Positions 8,286-17,512 are shown, numbered from the stretch's first letter. The stretch: 64,000 nucleotides of DNA from Smithellaceae bacterium (GCA_963667845.2 CAXXVL010000002.1:2880001-2944000); one strand, 5' to 3'. The notes: generated by a model from the sequence alone, not told the origin. Numbers and translations are program-made.

Positions 8286-8428
8286 AATCCATCCTCCTCT
8301 ATTTGTCTATTTGTAGTGCAAAAAAATGAATTGCGCCCAACTCAGGATATTCATCTCAGCTCGGGAGCGGTCTTCTCGTCAATGACGCTCTCTCGATTAA
8401 CTTGTCTCCCCCGCAGGAATTGGAATTT

Positions 8429-8456
8429 AACTTACTGACGACAAAGCGGATGTCAA
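8429..8456 (-). promoter_or_regulatory. Sigma70-type promoter of the AbfD-family gene
   Basis: TTGACA-N16-TAAGTT on the minus strand. Confidence 0.5.
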
Positions 8457-8713
8457 CCGGTGCCGCTCGGTATTGAAATATGAATCACCTGCAATGGTTC
8501 CTGCCGGATTTGCGGTTCTTTGATCGGGTATATTTTATTATTGCAAAGTATTTCGAAAGTTGTAAAATGACGGCGACTTCCAAAAATATCGACGAAAAAT
8601 AGAATAAAACAATCCTTTTTGCACTTGAGCCAAAGCGTGAATTGCATGCAGTGTGATGGCGTGGATGATCGGGGCAGTACTCATACCAGTCAAAGGAAAT
8701 GGAGAGGGGAGAT

Positions 8714-9412
8714 ATGGCAGAAAATAAAATGAAGTCGATTAAAAACTGGCCATCCGCTGACCGTCCCAGAGAGAAGCTGCTCAAGAGCGGCGCCGGAGTA
8801 CTCAGCAATTCGGAATTGTTGGCCATTCTTTTGCGCACAGGGGTCCGGGGAACAAGCGCCATTGATCTCGCCCGCCAGATGATGGAGAAGTTCGGCACCT
8901 TCCGCAACATGAGCCATACAGATATGCGGGAGTGGACTGAATTCAAAGGTCTGGGACCCGCGAAAATCGCCCAGATCAAAGCGGCCCTGGAGATCGGGCG
9001 GCGCTTCCGCGAAGATGAAGTTCTGCAAGCCAAGCCCAAAATATCCTGTGCCGGGGATGTGATTAATATTGTCATGCCGCAGCTTCGCGACATGAAAACC
9101 GAAGTGTTCAAGGTGGTCTATCTTAACAGCAACAACCGTATCATTGAGATCAGCGACGCAGCCCGGGGAACGGTCAATCTCGCCATGCCCATTGTGCGGG
9201 AAATTATCCATGCCGCTCTGCAAAAATTTGCGGCATCCATCATCTGCGTCCACAATCACCCGAGCGCCAATGTTGCGCCCAGTCCGGAAGATAAAAAATT
9301 TACCGATGAGCTGCGAGCCGCGGGTAAACTCATGGGCGTCAAGCTGCTGGATCACCTGATTATCGGCGACGGCCGGCACTTCAGCTTCGCGGATGAAGGG
9401 ATGATGACCTGA
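8714..9412 (+). CDS. radC: RadC / JAB-domain protein
   Basis: DRPREKL, ELLAILLRTG, HNHPS, LLDHLIIG. Confidence 0.95.
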   Translation: MAENKMKSIKNWPSADRPREKLLKSGAGVLSNSELLAILLRTGVRGTSAIDLARQMMEKFGTFRNMSHTDMREWTEFKGLGPAKIAQIKAALEIGRRFREDEVLQAKPKISCAGDVINIVMPQLRDMKTEVFKVVYLNSNNRIIEISDAARGTVNLAMPIVREIIHAALQKFAASIICVHNHPSANVAPSPEDKKFTDELRAAGKLMGVKLLDHLIIGDGRHFSFADEGMMT

Positions 9413-9603
9413 AATACGGGTTCAAAGGCGGAATGGTTAAAGAAGAAATTGCCGGATCTGAAAATTCTTACCGCTATGATCCGGGTGAACGACGCTTTCT
9501 TCAGAGACCCGAAGGGTGAAAGAGACCACAACCGGTCTGCAAATGTCACGACGAGGCAGAGTCGACGATGGACTGTCACTTCATCCGACGAACCTCTTTC
9601 AAC

Positions 9604-11922
9604 TCATTTTTCCCAAAGGTCAGCGATAATGCGACTTGTTTCTTCTGCTGCGAGACGGGGTGACAGCGCCGTGTCCGCTATCCCGGAGACCACACGAGTG
9701 ATATTGTGATCAATACCTGACCTGGTCCAGACACTTCCTGACGGGGCCGTAATATAGGCTGAAAACGTATGGTGCGTTGTTCCGGGGCGTTCGCCGATGA
9801 TGTGGATGATGGCTTTGTGTTCCATCGAGGCCGGCAATCTCCCAAACAGTGTTTCTCCAATGCGGTAACCGGCCCGGACCCGGCCGCCTTTAATCACCAG
9901 AATTTCAGGAACAACCGTTAAATTCTTCTTTTGCAGGTTTTCCTTAAGCGCGGAAAGATAGGGGGCCAGATGCCCTTTGTCCATGATGGCATTGGCATTG
10001 AGTCCATCCGAGACAACAATCTGCATTTGGCTTGATGGGCTTCGTTTCGCCCTGATCTCTTTGAGCATTTGTATTGAGGCGTCGTCCAGTTCTTCACCGG
10101 TCTGCGGGTGCAGGATGTAATCGGTCCGATCCTGAGAGCGCGTCTTCAGACGCACCACGTTCGGTATTTGGGCGATGAAGGCTGGAGCTAATTCGACCCA
10201 GATGGACTTCTTGGCGTCTGCGTAAAGGGTTCTAATTTCACGATCAAGCGCGGGCGCCATTTTCCAGGGTTTGCGGTCAAATCCTTCCGCCAGGTAGACA
10301 CCGCGATCTCGAACCTCCTTCATCTTTTGTCTTCCTTCCCGCAGGATTTCGGTTTTGGAGCGAGCGTCACCCTGGGCTCGCCGGTACTTGTACCACAGCC
10401 AGAGCGGTTCTCCGAAATGGGAAGTGGGTTTTCCCTTGGCGTTAATGACGCCCAGCCGCTGGAAAAATTTCCACATCGGATCATTGACCTTGAAGCCGAA
10501 TTTATCGCGCAGACGCACGTGGTCCTGGTAGGCGGTTGTCAGGTAGCCCAGCATGGGGTCGTTCTTGGTGGGCAGAGCCATCAGGTATGCCGGATTGGCC
10601 GGCATGATCTGATCCTGGCACCAGTCCAGATCGTCGAGGGTGACGTCCATATGCAGAGTAGAACAGATATCCAGGCCGATGGTGAGGCCGTGAAGTTTGC
10701 CCATCACGATATCTTCGAGACAGCAGCGCACAAGCTGTTCGCGGGTGCGAAAGACTTCCGGTCCGATGAATCCGGCCACGTCGTTTAAATGGACCCATGG
10801 GGCTGGGGAGCGGCCGGCCTTTTGTTGATCTTCAGCGATTTTCATTTTGAGCAGGCGGGCAAAACCATATTTGCGTGATTCATGGATGACCATGTCGGTT
10901 CTCTGGCCGCTGCCGTTGGTAAAATCCGCCCCCTGGCCGGTTTCAAAGTAAAACCCGTATTGCCCCGTCCTCTCTTCGGCGTAGGCCAGCATTTTATCCA
11001 AAGTGAGGTCAAATGTGGCATTGGCCTTGTCGCTGCCGGCCAGACTTTGAAACCAGACCCCCGTAGTGTCGGGCTGCTTTTTTTCGACGTCCGCCTGAAT
11101 GTCGATATGGGCCAGAACACAGTGGGGAATGATGTCTTCAATTTGAAAAGTCCTGCGCAGATCGGAAAGCGCCCTCTCCAGCGCGGCAACGGATTGCGGA
11201 TCGCTGCTTACCGGATTGACTCCCAGAACGACGTCGCCGGTTGCATAAGACCAGCCGGAAAAGATCTGCCAGATGACGTCGTCGGGGTGATCGGTCGGAG
11301 AATTAGGCTGAATGCGGGCTCCCATGTATCCCCGGGCGCCGATGCAGGTGCCGGCAAGAGGATTGAATATTTTGTGTCCGACAGCGATCAATTCTTCATT
11401 GGACATGATTTTGACCACGCAGCCGATGACGTCGCTGCACAAACCGTTCAGGAGGGGTTGAATGTCGGATTCGTTCCTGGTCAGCAAAAAATCCTTAAAT
11501 TCTCCGATTGTCATAGAGCCGGTCTTTTTTACCAAATCAGAAGAGAGATTTTCCACCAGGCAGGAATATAATTTATCTTCGAACAGCGGATGCTTCAAGA
11601 TATCGCCGATGCGAGTGTTGGACAAAAGACGACGGGCTTTTTTCCGGACGGCTTCGTCGGTTGCGGCGACACCCAAAATCTGATCGCCTTCCTTGAAGGC
11701 ATTGGCGGCACCGACGAGCTGCTGATAAGTCGTGCGGTCGAATTTTCCGAGGGTGCGGTCCATAAACGCAAAGAGATCTTCCCGGGGTTTTGTTTCCAGG
11801 ATCTGCGCCCGTAACAGCGGTGGAAGCAATCCTGAACCGACCAGCGATCCCGCCAGAACACAACAAAATTCTCTTCTGCTCATATGCCTATTGCTCCTGT
11901 TGGTCGTATCACTTTCCTTCAT
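9604..11922 (-). CDS. eutBC: Fused EutB-EutC ethanolamine ammonia-lyase with a twin-arginine signal peptide
   Basis: EutB motifs RIQPN, GVNPV, CVLAH, FQSLAG, YFETGQG, GFIGPE, LED..GKL.G. EutC motifs VSDGL, IGERPG, SAYIT. N-terminal SRREF followed by a hydrophobic stretch and LRA-Q. Confidence 0.92.
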   Translation of the reverse strand: MKESDTTNRSNRHMSRREFCCVLAGSLVGSGLLPPLLRAQILETKPREDLFAFMDRTLGKFDRTTYQQLVGAANAFKEGDQILGVAATDEAVRKKARRLLSNTRIGDILKHPLFEDKLYSCLVENLSSDLVKKTGSMTIGEFKDFLLTRNESDIQPLLNGLCSDVIGCVVKIMSNEELIAVGHKIFNPLAGTCIGARGYMGARIQPNSPTDHPDDVIWQIFSGWSYATGDVVLGVNPVSSDPQSVAALERALSDLRRTFQIEDIIPHCVLAHIDIQADVEKKQPDTTGVWFQSLAGSDKANATFDLTLDKMLAYAEERTGQYGFYFETGQGADFTNGSGQRTDMVIHESRKYGFARLLKMKIAEDQQKAGRSPAPWVHLNDVAGFIGPEVFRTREQLVRCCLEDIVMGKLHGLTIGLDICSTLHMDVTLDDLDWCQDQIMPANPAYLMALPTKNDPMLGYLTTAYQDHVRLRDKFGFKVNDPMWKFFQRLGVINAKGKPTSHFGEPLWLWYKYRRAQGDARSKTEILREGRQKMKEVRDRGVYLAEGFDRKPWKMAPALDREIRTLYADAKKSIWVELAPAFIAQIPNVVRLKTRSQDRTDYILHPQTGEELDDASIQMLKEIRAKRSPSSQMQIVVSDGLNANAIMDKGHLAPYLSALKENLQKKNLTVVPEILVIKGGRVRAGYRIGETLFGRLPASMEHKAIIHIIGERPGTTHHTFSAYITAPSGSVWTRSGIDHNITRVVSGIADTALSPRLAAEETSRIIADLWEK

Positions 11923-12079
11923 TTAGTCTGCCTCGTCGCCCTGATTACTCCTCTTTGCCCGGAAGATGGATGGTATCTGATGCATTTAACATTTATGATA
12001 CCAATGAGCAGGGGATGAAAGCAAGCTGTATTAAATCGGCGCATCCGTCTCATGACCGGCCACGACTGCCTGCCGCCGG

Positions 12080-12108
12080 TTGACGGATCGGGGAAAGTAT
12101 GTCACATT
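12080..12108 (+). promoter_or_regulatory. Putative sigma70 promoter of the permease-phosphatase-STAS operon
   Basis: TTGACG-N17-CACATT with an extended TG. Confidence 0.4.
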
Positions 12109-12130
12109 GTTCGCAACAAATAAGGGAAAC

Positions 12131-13843
12131 ATGATGGCGAAAAAACCGGCTAATTTGCTGTATGGTGTGGACGACAGACCGCCTGTCCGCGTCTGTTTAC
12201 TTCTGGCTGTTCAGCATATCTTTTTTTTGACGACCGGCCTGATTGTTGTGACCATTGTCATGCAAGGAATCGGCTGTTCCCCGGATTTGATCCGCAACAT
12301 CGTATCCATGGCGATGATCGCCGGAGGGATCGGCACGATGCTGCAGGCTCTGAAAAAAGGACCGGTGGGCAGCGGCTATTTCATTTCGGAAGGAACAGAC
12401 CCCAGTTATCTTTCCGTGTCCATGCTGGCGGGCGCTGCCGGGGGGGTGTCTCTGATCTTCGGAATGACAATCGTTGCTGGTGTAACGGAATGCCTGTTAT
12501 CTCGGATTATGCATCGCCTGCGGATTATTTTCCCTCCGGAGGTAACGGGTGTAGTCCTCGTGATGGTGGGACTGAATATTGTTCCCATCATGATCCTTGA
12601 TTTCTTCGGCGTCAGCAGTCAGAACAATGTCATTAACCCGGTCCACGTCGCCGTCGCGGTGTTCACTCTGGCTGTTATGGTGGGAACCAATGTCTGGAGC
12701 AAAGGGAAATTGCGGCTCTACTCCGTGATTATCGGAATAGCGATGGGGTATTTCCTCGCCACCCTCCTGGGAGTTCTAACCAGGGAAGACATGATGCACA
12801 TTGTGAATGCCCCGCTTTTCTCCGTTCCAGATCCGTCTTACCTCAGCTATTCTTTCGATGCCGCTCTTCTCCTTCCATTCATCATTGTGGAGCTGTCATC
12901 CACGCTTAAATCCGTGGCAGCACTGACCATGTGCCAGAAGATTAACGATGCGGAATGGAAACGGCCGGATCTGATGAATATCGGTAAGGGAACCCTGGCG
13001 GACGGGCTGTCCTCAATTATCGGCGGTCTGTCGGGCGCCATGGGAAAGTCCGTTTATGCCGCCAGCGTGGGGCTTTGCGTGGCCACAGGAGCGACGAGCC
13101 GGATCATTGCCTTCTACGTAGGATGTATTTATATTGCCATGGCTTTTCTTCCCAAACTGACTTCCTTTTTCAGCATCATGCCCAAGCCGGTAATGGGCGC
13201 GGCCATGGTGTTCATGGTCTGTTTCATGGTCATCTCAGGTGTGCAGATGATGACATCGCGGATGATTGATATTCGCCGGACCTTCGTGATTGCTGTTTCT
13301 ATGGTTTTTGGTTTGAGCGTCGACATTTTCCCCCAGCTTTATCAGAATTTCCATCCTTGGCTGAAACCCCTGTTCAGTTCTTCACTGGCCGTAACGACGG
13401 TCCTGGCCGTGGTCCTGAATCTGATCATGCGCATCGGCATTGCCCGCGAGGAGAGCCTGGAGCTGGTACCCGGAACGGACGTTTCCAAAGCAATTTTCGA
13501 GTTTATGGAAAATCAGGGGGCGGCCTGGGGCGCAAGGAAGGATGTGATTTACAATGCCATGGCGGCAATGAATGAATTCATGGAGGCTATGGCCCATTTC
13601 GACCTGCCCGGAAAGAATGTCATCCTCAAAGTCAGTTTCGACGAATACAGCCTCGACGTGCATGCCCGGTATGAAGGACCGGTGATGGAATTTCCGGCCG
13701 AGCGGCCCGGTAAAGCGGAGTTGCGTACCGATCCGGACGCTGTGGTTCGTTTGGCCGGATATCTCATTAGACAATATGCGGATAAAGTTACTGTGACACA
13801 GGAAGATAAACATTGCCTAGTCCATCTCCATTTCAATCATTGA
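12131..13843 (+). CDS. NCS2/SLC23-family permease with a C-terminal degenerate RsbW-like (HATPase_c_2) domain
   Basis: YGVDDRPP, QH in TM1, FPPEVTG, ADG, TGATSR, PKPVMG. Soluble tail of about 120 aa aligns by eye to the anti-sigma kinase fold. Confidence 0.88.
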   Translation: MMAKKPANLLYGVDDRPPVRVCLLLAVQHIFFLTTGLIVVTIVMQGIGCSPDLIRNIVSMAMIAGGIGTMLQALKKGPVGSGYFISEGTDPSYLSVSMLAGAAGGVSLIFGMTIVAGVTECLLSRIMHRLRIIFPPEVTGVVLVMVGLNIVPIMILDFFGVSSQNNVINPVHVAVAVFTLAVMVGTNVWSKGKLRLYSVIIGIAMGYFLATLLGVLTREDMMHIVNAPLFSVPDPSYLSYSFDAALLLPFIIVELSSTLKSVAALTMCQKINDAEWKRPDLMNIGKGTLADGLSSIIGGLSGAMGKSVYAASVGLCVATGATSRIIAFYVGCIYIAMAFLPKLTSFFSIMPKPVMGAAMVFMVCFMVISGVQMMTSRMIDIRRTFVIAVSMVFGLSVDIFPQLYQNFHPWLKPLFSSSLAVTTVLAVVLNLIMRIGIAREESLELVPGTDVSKAIFEFMENQGAAWGARKDVIYNAMAAMNEFMEAMAHFDLPGKNVILKVSFDEYSLDVHARYEGPVMEFPAERPGKAELRTDPDAVVRLAGYLIRQYADKVTVTQEDKHCLVHLHFNH

Positions 13844-15912
13844 TCGGCTTTTTCAGCCGTCTCCGGGTGATTGTCGCCCTCATGGTGATTATTGCGCTGG
13901 GGATTACAGCCGCGGCGTTTATGGGCATTACGCGGCGGGAAGTAACGGATAGCATGCTTATCCGCGGTGATGCCGAGGCCAGAAATATCATGCGGGTGGT
14001 TGTGCTCGATTTGGCCAACCAGGCGGCCGGTCTGGAATCCTTCCGGAACTATGCCCGCGAGCGGCATGAACAGCAGCTCCGCAATCTTGTCTCGATCGTG
14101 GTTTCCGAAGTTGATTTCTTTTACGATCTGCATAAGCGGGGTGTTCTAACGGAGGAACAGGCGCAAAGGTCTGCGCTGGCCGCTGTGGAAAAGGCCCGCT
14201 ATGGCCAAAACGATTATTTCTTTATTTATGACCGCGATAATATCGCCATTTCTCATGCCGATCCACGGATCCGTGGACGGGATATGTCCGAAAGCAGGGA
14301 TATACAAGGACGTCCCATTGCAAAAACCATGTGGCAGATGACCCGGACAAAGCAAGACGGCTTCCTCACGCTCGCATGGTTTCGCCTGGGAGAGAAAAAA
14401 ACCGTGCCGAAGCTTGTCTATTTTTATCACTATCCGAAATGGGACTGGTTGATCGGGACCGGGGTCTATATCGACGACATCGACCGGGATGTAGAAAAGA
14501 AAATGGCCGAAATCATGGACGTCCTCAAACGAACCTTTGACCAGGTGCGTGTTTCGGAAACCGGTTATTTTGCATTATTCGACGGTTCAGGGAAGATTCT
14601 CATTCATCCTTCTCTGGCGAACACCGAAGGGGCCTTATTGAAGGACCCCGTTACGGGTAAGGATCATATCCAGGACCTGATGGCCGCTTCCGGAAATCCG
14701 GATGTGCCGCTAAAATATTTATGGGATAAACCGGATCGTCCCGGAGATTACCGGTTCTGGAAATATTCCCACGTTGAGCATTTTGCTCCTTTCAACTGGT
14801 ATCTTTCCTCATCGGTGTATCAGGATGAAATGGAAAAACCAGCCCAGAAGATCATCAAACGCCAGACCATTTATGTTGTTGTCATCGTGTTGCTGGCCAT
14901 GGCCGGTGTTTATCTGCTCCTTTCCCGGGTTACGTCTCCGCTGTCAAGGCTGGCCCGGCATGCCGACGTGCTGCGTAAAAACGATTTTAACCTGTCCGAC
15001 GAGGGAAAAAAGGAATTGCTCCTCATCCGCTTCCCCAGGGAAGTGGGCCATCTGGCCAGAACCTTCTGGAATATGGAACGGCGTCTGGATGAATATTTAA
15101 AGAATCTTCAGGAGACAACGGCGGCCCGGGAAAAGATGGCGAGCGAACTGCGTATCGCGCGGGACATCCAGATGAGCATGCTGCCGGATCAAAAGGATGT
15201 CATGAAGGGCAGGACGGAGATTGATCTGGCGGCGGTACTGGAGCCGGCGAGGGAAGTCGGAGGCGATCTTTATGATTTTTTCTTTCTCGATCGTGATCGC
15301 TTCTGCTTTATGGTAGGAGATGTGTCCGACAAAGGCGTACCGGCCGCATTGTTTATGGCCCGCAGCAAAGCATTTCTCCGGAGCGCCGCTCAGGAGGCCG
15401 CGGGCGACCCCGGACTGATCCTGCAAAAGGCCAACGCAGAGCTGGTGAATGACAACAGCATGCTGATGTTCATTACAGTCTTCCTGGCAATCCTGGATGT
15501 TCGAACGGGAGATTTGACATACAGTAATGCCGGACATGTGCCTCCCGTTCTGATCGGGGCCGACGGCCATGCCCAATCCATCTCACTGCCTCCCGGGAAG
15601 CCGCTTGGCGTCACAAGACGAGGCGGATTCGAGACCGGACATCGCCGGTTGCTGCCGGGCGACTGCCTTTTGGTATTTACGGACGGTGTTACGGAGGCGG
15701 AAAGTAAGACCGACGGCTTTTACGGCACGGAAAGACTGCTGTTGCTTCTTTCCACCTTATCAGCGGATGCCGGGGCAAAGCGTGTCGTGGAGACAATATT
15801 GTCGGGGATCAAAGACTTTTGCAAAGGCGAGCATCAGTATGATGACATAGCGATAATTTGTGTTCGCTATGAGGGTGCTGCGGATTCATTGCAGGATTCC
15901 GAAGAGTCCTGA
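13840..15912 (+). CDS. Membrane Cache-HAMP-PP2C (SpoIIE/RsbU-like) phosphatase
   Basis: TM, Cache motifs (YFFIYD, WDWLIGTGVYIDDI), TM and HAMP, then VGGDLYD, GDVSDKG, NAGH, FTDGVTE, DDIA. The TTG start overlapping the permease stop is inferred (ORF track starts at 13813). Confidence 0.92.
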   Translation: MIGFFSRLRVIVALMVIIALGITAAAFMGITRREVTDSMLIRGDAEARNIMRVVVLDLANQAAGLESFRNYARERHEQQLRNLVSIVVSEVDFFYDLHKRGVLTEEQAQRSALAAVEKARYGQNDYFFIYDRDNIAISHADPRIRGRDMSESRDIQGRPIAKTMWQMTRTKQDGFLTLAWFRLGEKKTVPKLVYFYHYPKWDWLIGTGVYIDDIDRDVEKKMAEIMDVLKRTFDQVRVSETGYFALFDGSGKILIHPSLANTEGALLKDPVTGKDHIQDLMAASGNPDVPLKYLWDKPDRPGDYRFWKYSHVEHFAPFNWYLSSSVYQDEMEKPAQKIIKRQTIYVVVIVLLAMAGVYLLLSRVTSPLSRLARHADVLRKNDFNLSDEGKKELLLIRFPREVGHLARTFWNMERRLDEYLKNLQETTAAREKMASELRIARDIQMSMLPDQKDVMKGRTEIDLAAVLEPAREVGGDLYDFFFLDRDRFCFMVGDVSDKGVPAALFMARSKAFLRSAAQEAAGDPGLILQKANAELVNDNSMLMFITVFLAILDVRTGDLTYSNAGHVPPVLIGADGHAQSISLPPGKPLGVTRRGGFETGHRRLLPGDCLLVFTDGVTEAESKTDGFYGTERLLLLLSTLSADAGAKRVVETILSGIKDFCKGEHQYDDIAIICVRYEGAADSLQDSEES

Positions 15913-15940
15913 TAAAAGGTATGAAGAAGGGAACATTTAC

Positions 15941-16270
15941 ATGGAAATTTTTGAAAGTAAAAAGGGAGATTGGCTGATTCTTGAGCTGAAAGGGCGTATG
16001 GATGCCATCACCGCGCCGGTGGTCCGGGAAAAAGTTCTTTTCGTCATCGGTCAGGGAGAAAAAATGCTTCTGCTGGATTGCCTGGGACTCGAATATGTGA
16101 GTAGCGCCGGGATCAGGGTCCTGTTTGAAGCCGCCTTTAAAGTTCAGGATCAAAAAGGCAAAATTTACTGTTACGGGGTTAATATCAGTGTAAGGAATAT
16201 TTTTAATCTGGTTGATATTGAATCGGAAATTCCTGTCTTTATGACTCAGGAAGAGGCGTTAAACGGCTGA
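15941..16270 (+). CDS. STAS-domain anti-sigma-factor antagonist (RsbV/SpoIIAA-like)
   Basis: LKGRMDAITAP and EYVSSAGIRVL, with the phospho-acceptor Ser conserved. Confidence 0.93.
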   Translation: MEIFESKKGDWLILELKGRMDAITAPVVREKVLFVIGQGEKMLLLDCLGLEYVSSAGIRVLFEAAFKVQDQKGKIYCYGVNISVRNIFNLVDIESEIPVFMTQEEALNG

Positions 16271-16522
16271 TCTTAGGTAAGTCAATTCGCTGCCTGTTTA
16301 AATAAAGATACCGATATGCATGATTGTTACTTTATGAACGAGTAAACCTAGATCTTGATTATTAGCCGTCTTCAGTAAACCTTCAGAAAAATCATTTTCT
16401 TGTTAACCGCAAATAATTCTTTTCCACATTTCGTTTAAGCGTTTGAACATTTCATTGAAAGAAACGTTCTGAAAGAAGATTTGGGGGTCTTAACAGCCGG
16501 CGGGGCAATCGATAAATACCGT

Positions 16523-16583
16523 TATATAACATGATGTTATATATATATTTCGGGTGTGGTTGAATTCTGGCACGGACTTTTCA
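16523..16583 (+). promoter_or_regulatory. 21-bp palindrome plus a sigma54-like promoter
   Basis: TATATAACAT-G-ATGTTATATA at 16523-16543; TGGCACG-N4-TTTCA at 16568-16583 (imperfect -12 element). Confidence 0.5.
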
Positions 16584-16631
16584 TTAGAATAAAGGCAAAT
16601 AGACAGACACCCCTCAAGGAGGTAACAGATC

Positions 16632-16907
16632 ATGAAAAAGACATTAGGAACCATCGTAGCGGCGGCGGCAGTAGTTCTTTTAACGGCAACCTTTGGATTT
16701 GCAGAATATGCGGCAGCGGGAGCGACCAATTTCCCGTATTTCCAGCTGGGCTGCCTGATTGTGGGCGGATTGATTTTAGTCAGCCTGAAGAGGAAGTATA
16801 ACAAGATGTACACAGCAGAAGTTGTCGGCGCCTTCGCTCTTTACACCATTCTGATGGCGCTCTTTACCAACCCGGTTATTGATGCAGTGAAAAACATGAT
16901 GACCTGA
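16632..16907 (+). CDS. Small membrane protein with a signal peptide
   Basis: AAGGAGGT SD; signal-like N-terminus ending GFA; two hydrophobic helices. Confidence 0.85.
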   Translation: MKKTLGTIVAAAAVVLLTATFGFAEYAAAGATNFPYFQLGCLIVGGLILVSLKRKYNKMYTAEVVGAFALYTILMALFTNPVIDAVKNMMT

Positions 16908-16960
16908 TAGGTGGAAGTTACGAAGACGCAGAGAGAATTTAAGGAAGGAGGATTAAGATC

Positions 16961-17200
16961 ATGATCGCGACACAGAGAATAAACCAGAAGCAGTATCAGG
17001 GTTTCACCGGTGTGATGATGATATCGGCCTGGGGCCTGGCGATGGTGATTGCATCTTTCCTGTTCCTCTATATCGGTCACCTTCTGGATGAGAAACTGGG
17101 AACCGCACCGAATTTCATGCTGGGCTTGTTCATGCTGGCGATCTTCATCTGCGTCATGAGACTCTATCAGGAAGCAAAGAAACGAATGAAGGATTTGTAG
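16961..17200 (+). CDS. AtpZ/AtpI (ATPase gene1) family small membrane protein
   Basis: IGHLLDEKLGTAP hairpin motif; AGGAGG SD. Confidence 0.8.
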   Translation: MIATQRINQKQYQGFTGVMMISAWGLAMVIASFLFLYIGHLLDEKLGTAPNFMLGLFMLAIFICVMRLYQEAKKRMKDL

Positions 17201-17238
17201 TAGCCGCTACACCAAAAACATGATCTGTCTATATAACG

Positions 17239-17273
17239 AGCCCCCTCAGGTCATCCGACTGAGGGGGCTTTTT
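17239..17273 (+). terminator. Intrinsic terminator
   Basis: AGCCCCCTCAG/CTGAGGGGGCT followed by TTTT. Confidence 0.9.
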
Positions 17274-17475
17274 AGTGCAATCGGTTTGGGAACCGGAGCC
17301 ATTCCGATCTTAATGCAGAATACCGGTTTGCTTTGCAGCAGGATATTTCATACCGTGCGTGCTTTATGGACGTCACAGATCTCACTTGGGATCAGACGAG
17401 GCGAATCCTCCACTTTTTGCGAAGAATACTCCGGAAAATAATTTTTATAGAGAAACAAGAATGGAGAATATCTTC

Positions 17476-17505
17476 TTGACAAATTGGGGAACACTCTGCT
17501 AGGGT
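17476..17505 (+). promoter_or_regulatory. panCD promoter
   Basis: TTGACA-N18-TAGGGT with an extended TG. Confidence 0.55.
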
Positions 17506-17512
17506 CACCCCA

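Noticed and set aside
8714..9412. radC as a mobile-element marker
   Set aside because: Full-length chromosomal type with the N-terminal HhH region, in backbone-like GC.
11923..12130. Cobalamin riboswitch or ANTAR hairpins upstream of eutBC
   Set aside because: No B12-box or AGCAANGRRGCU-type dual hairpins seen.
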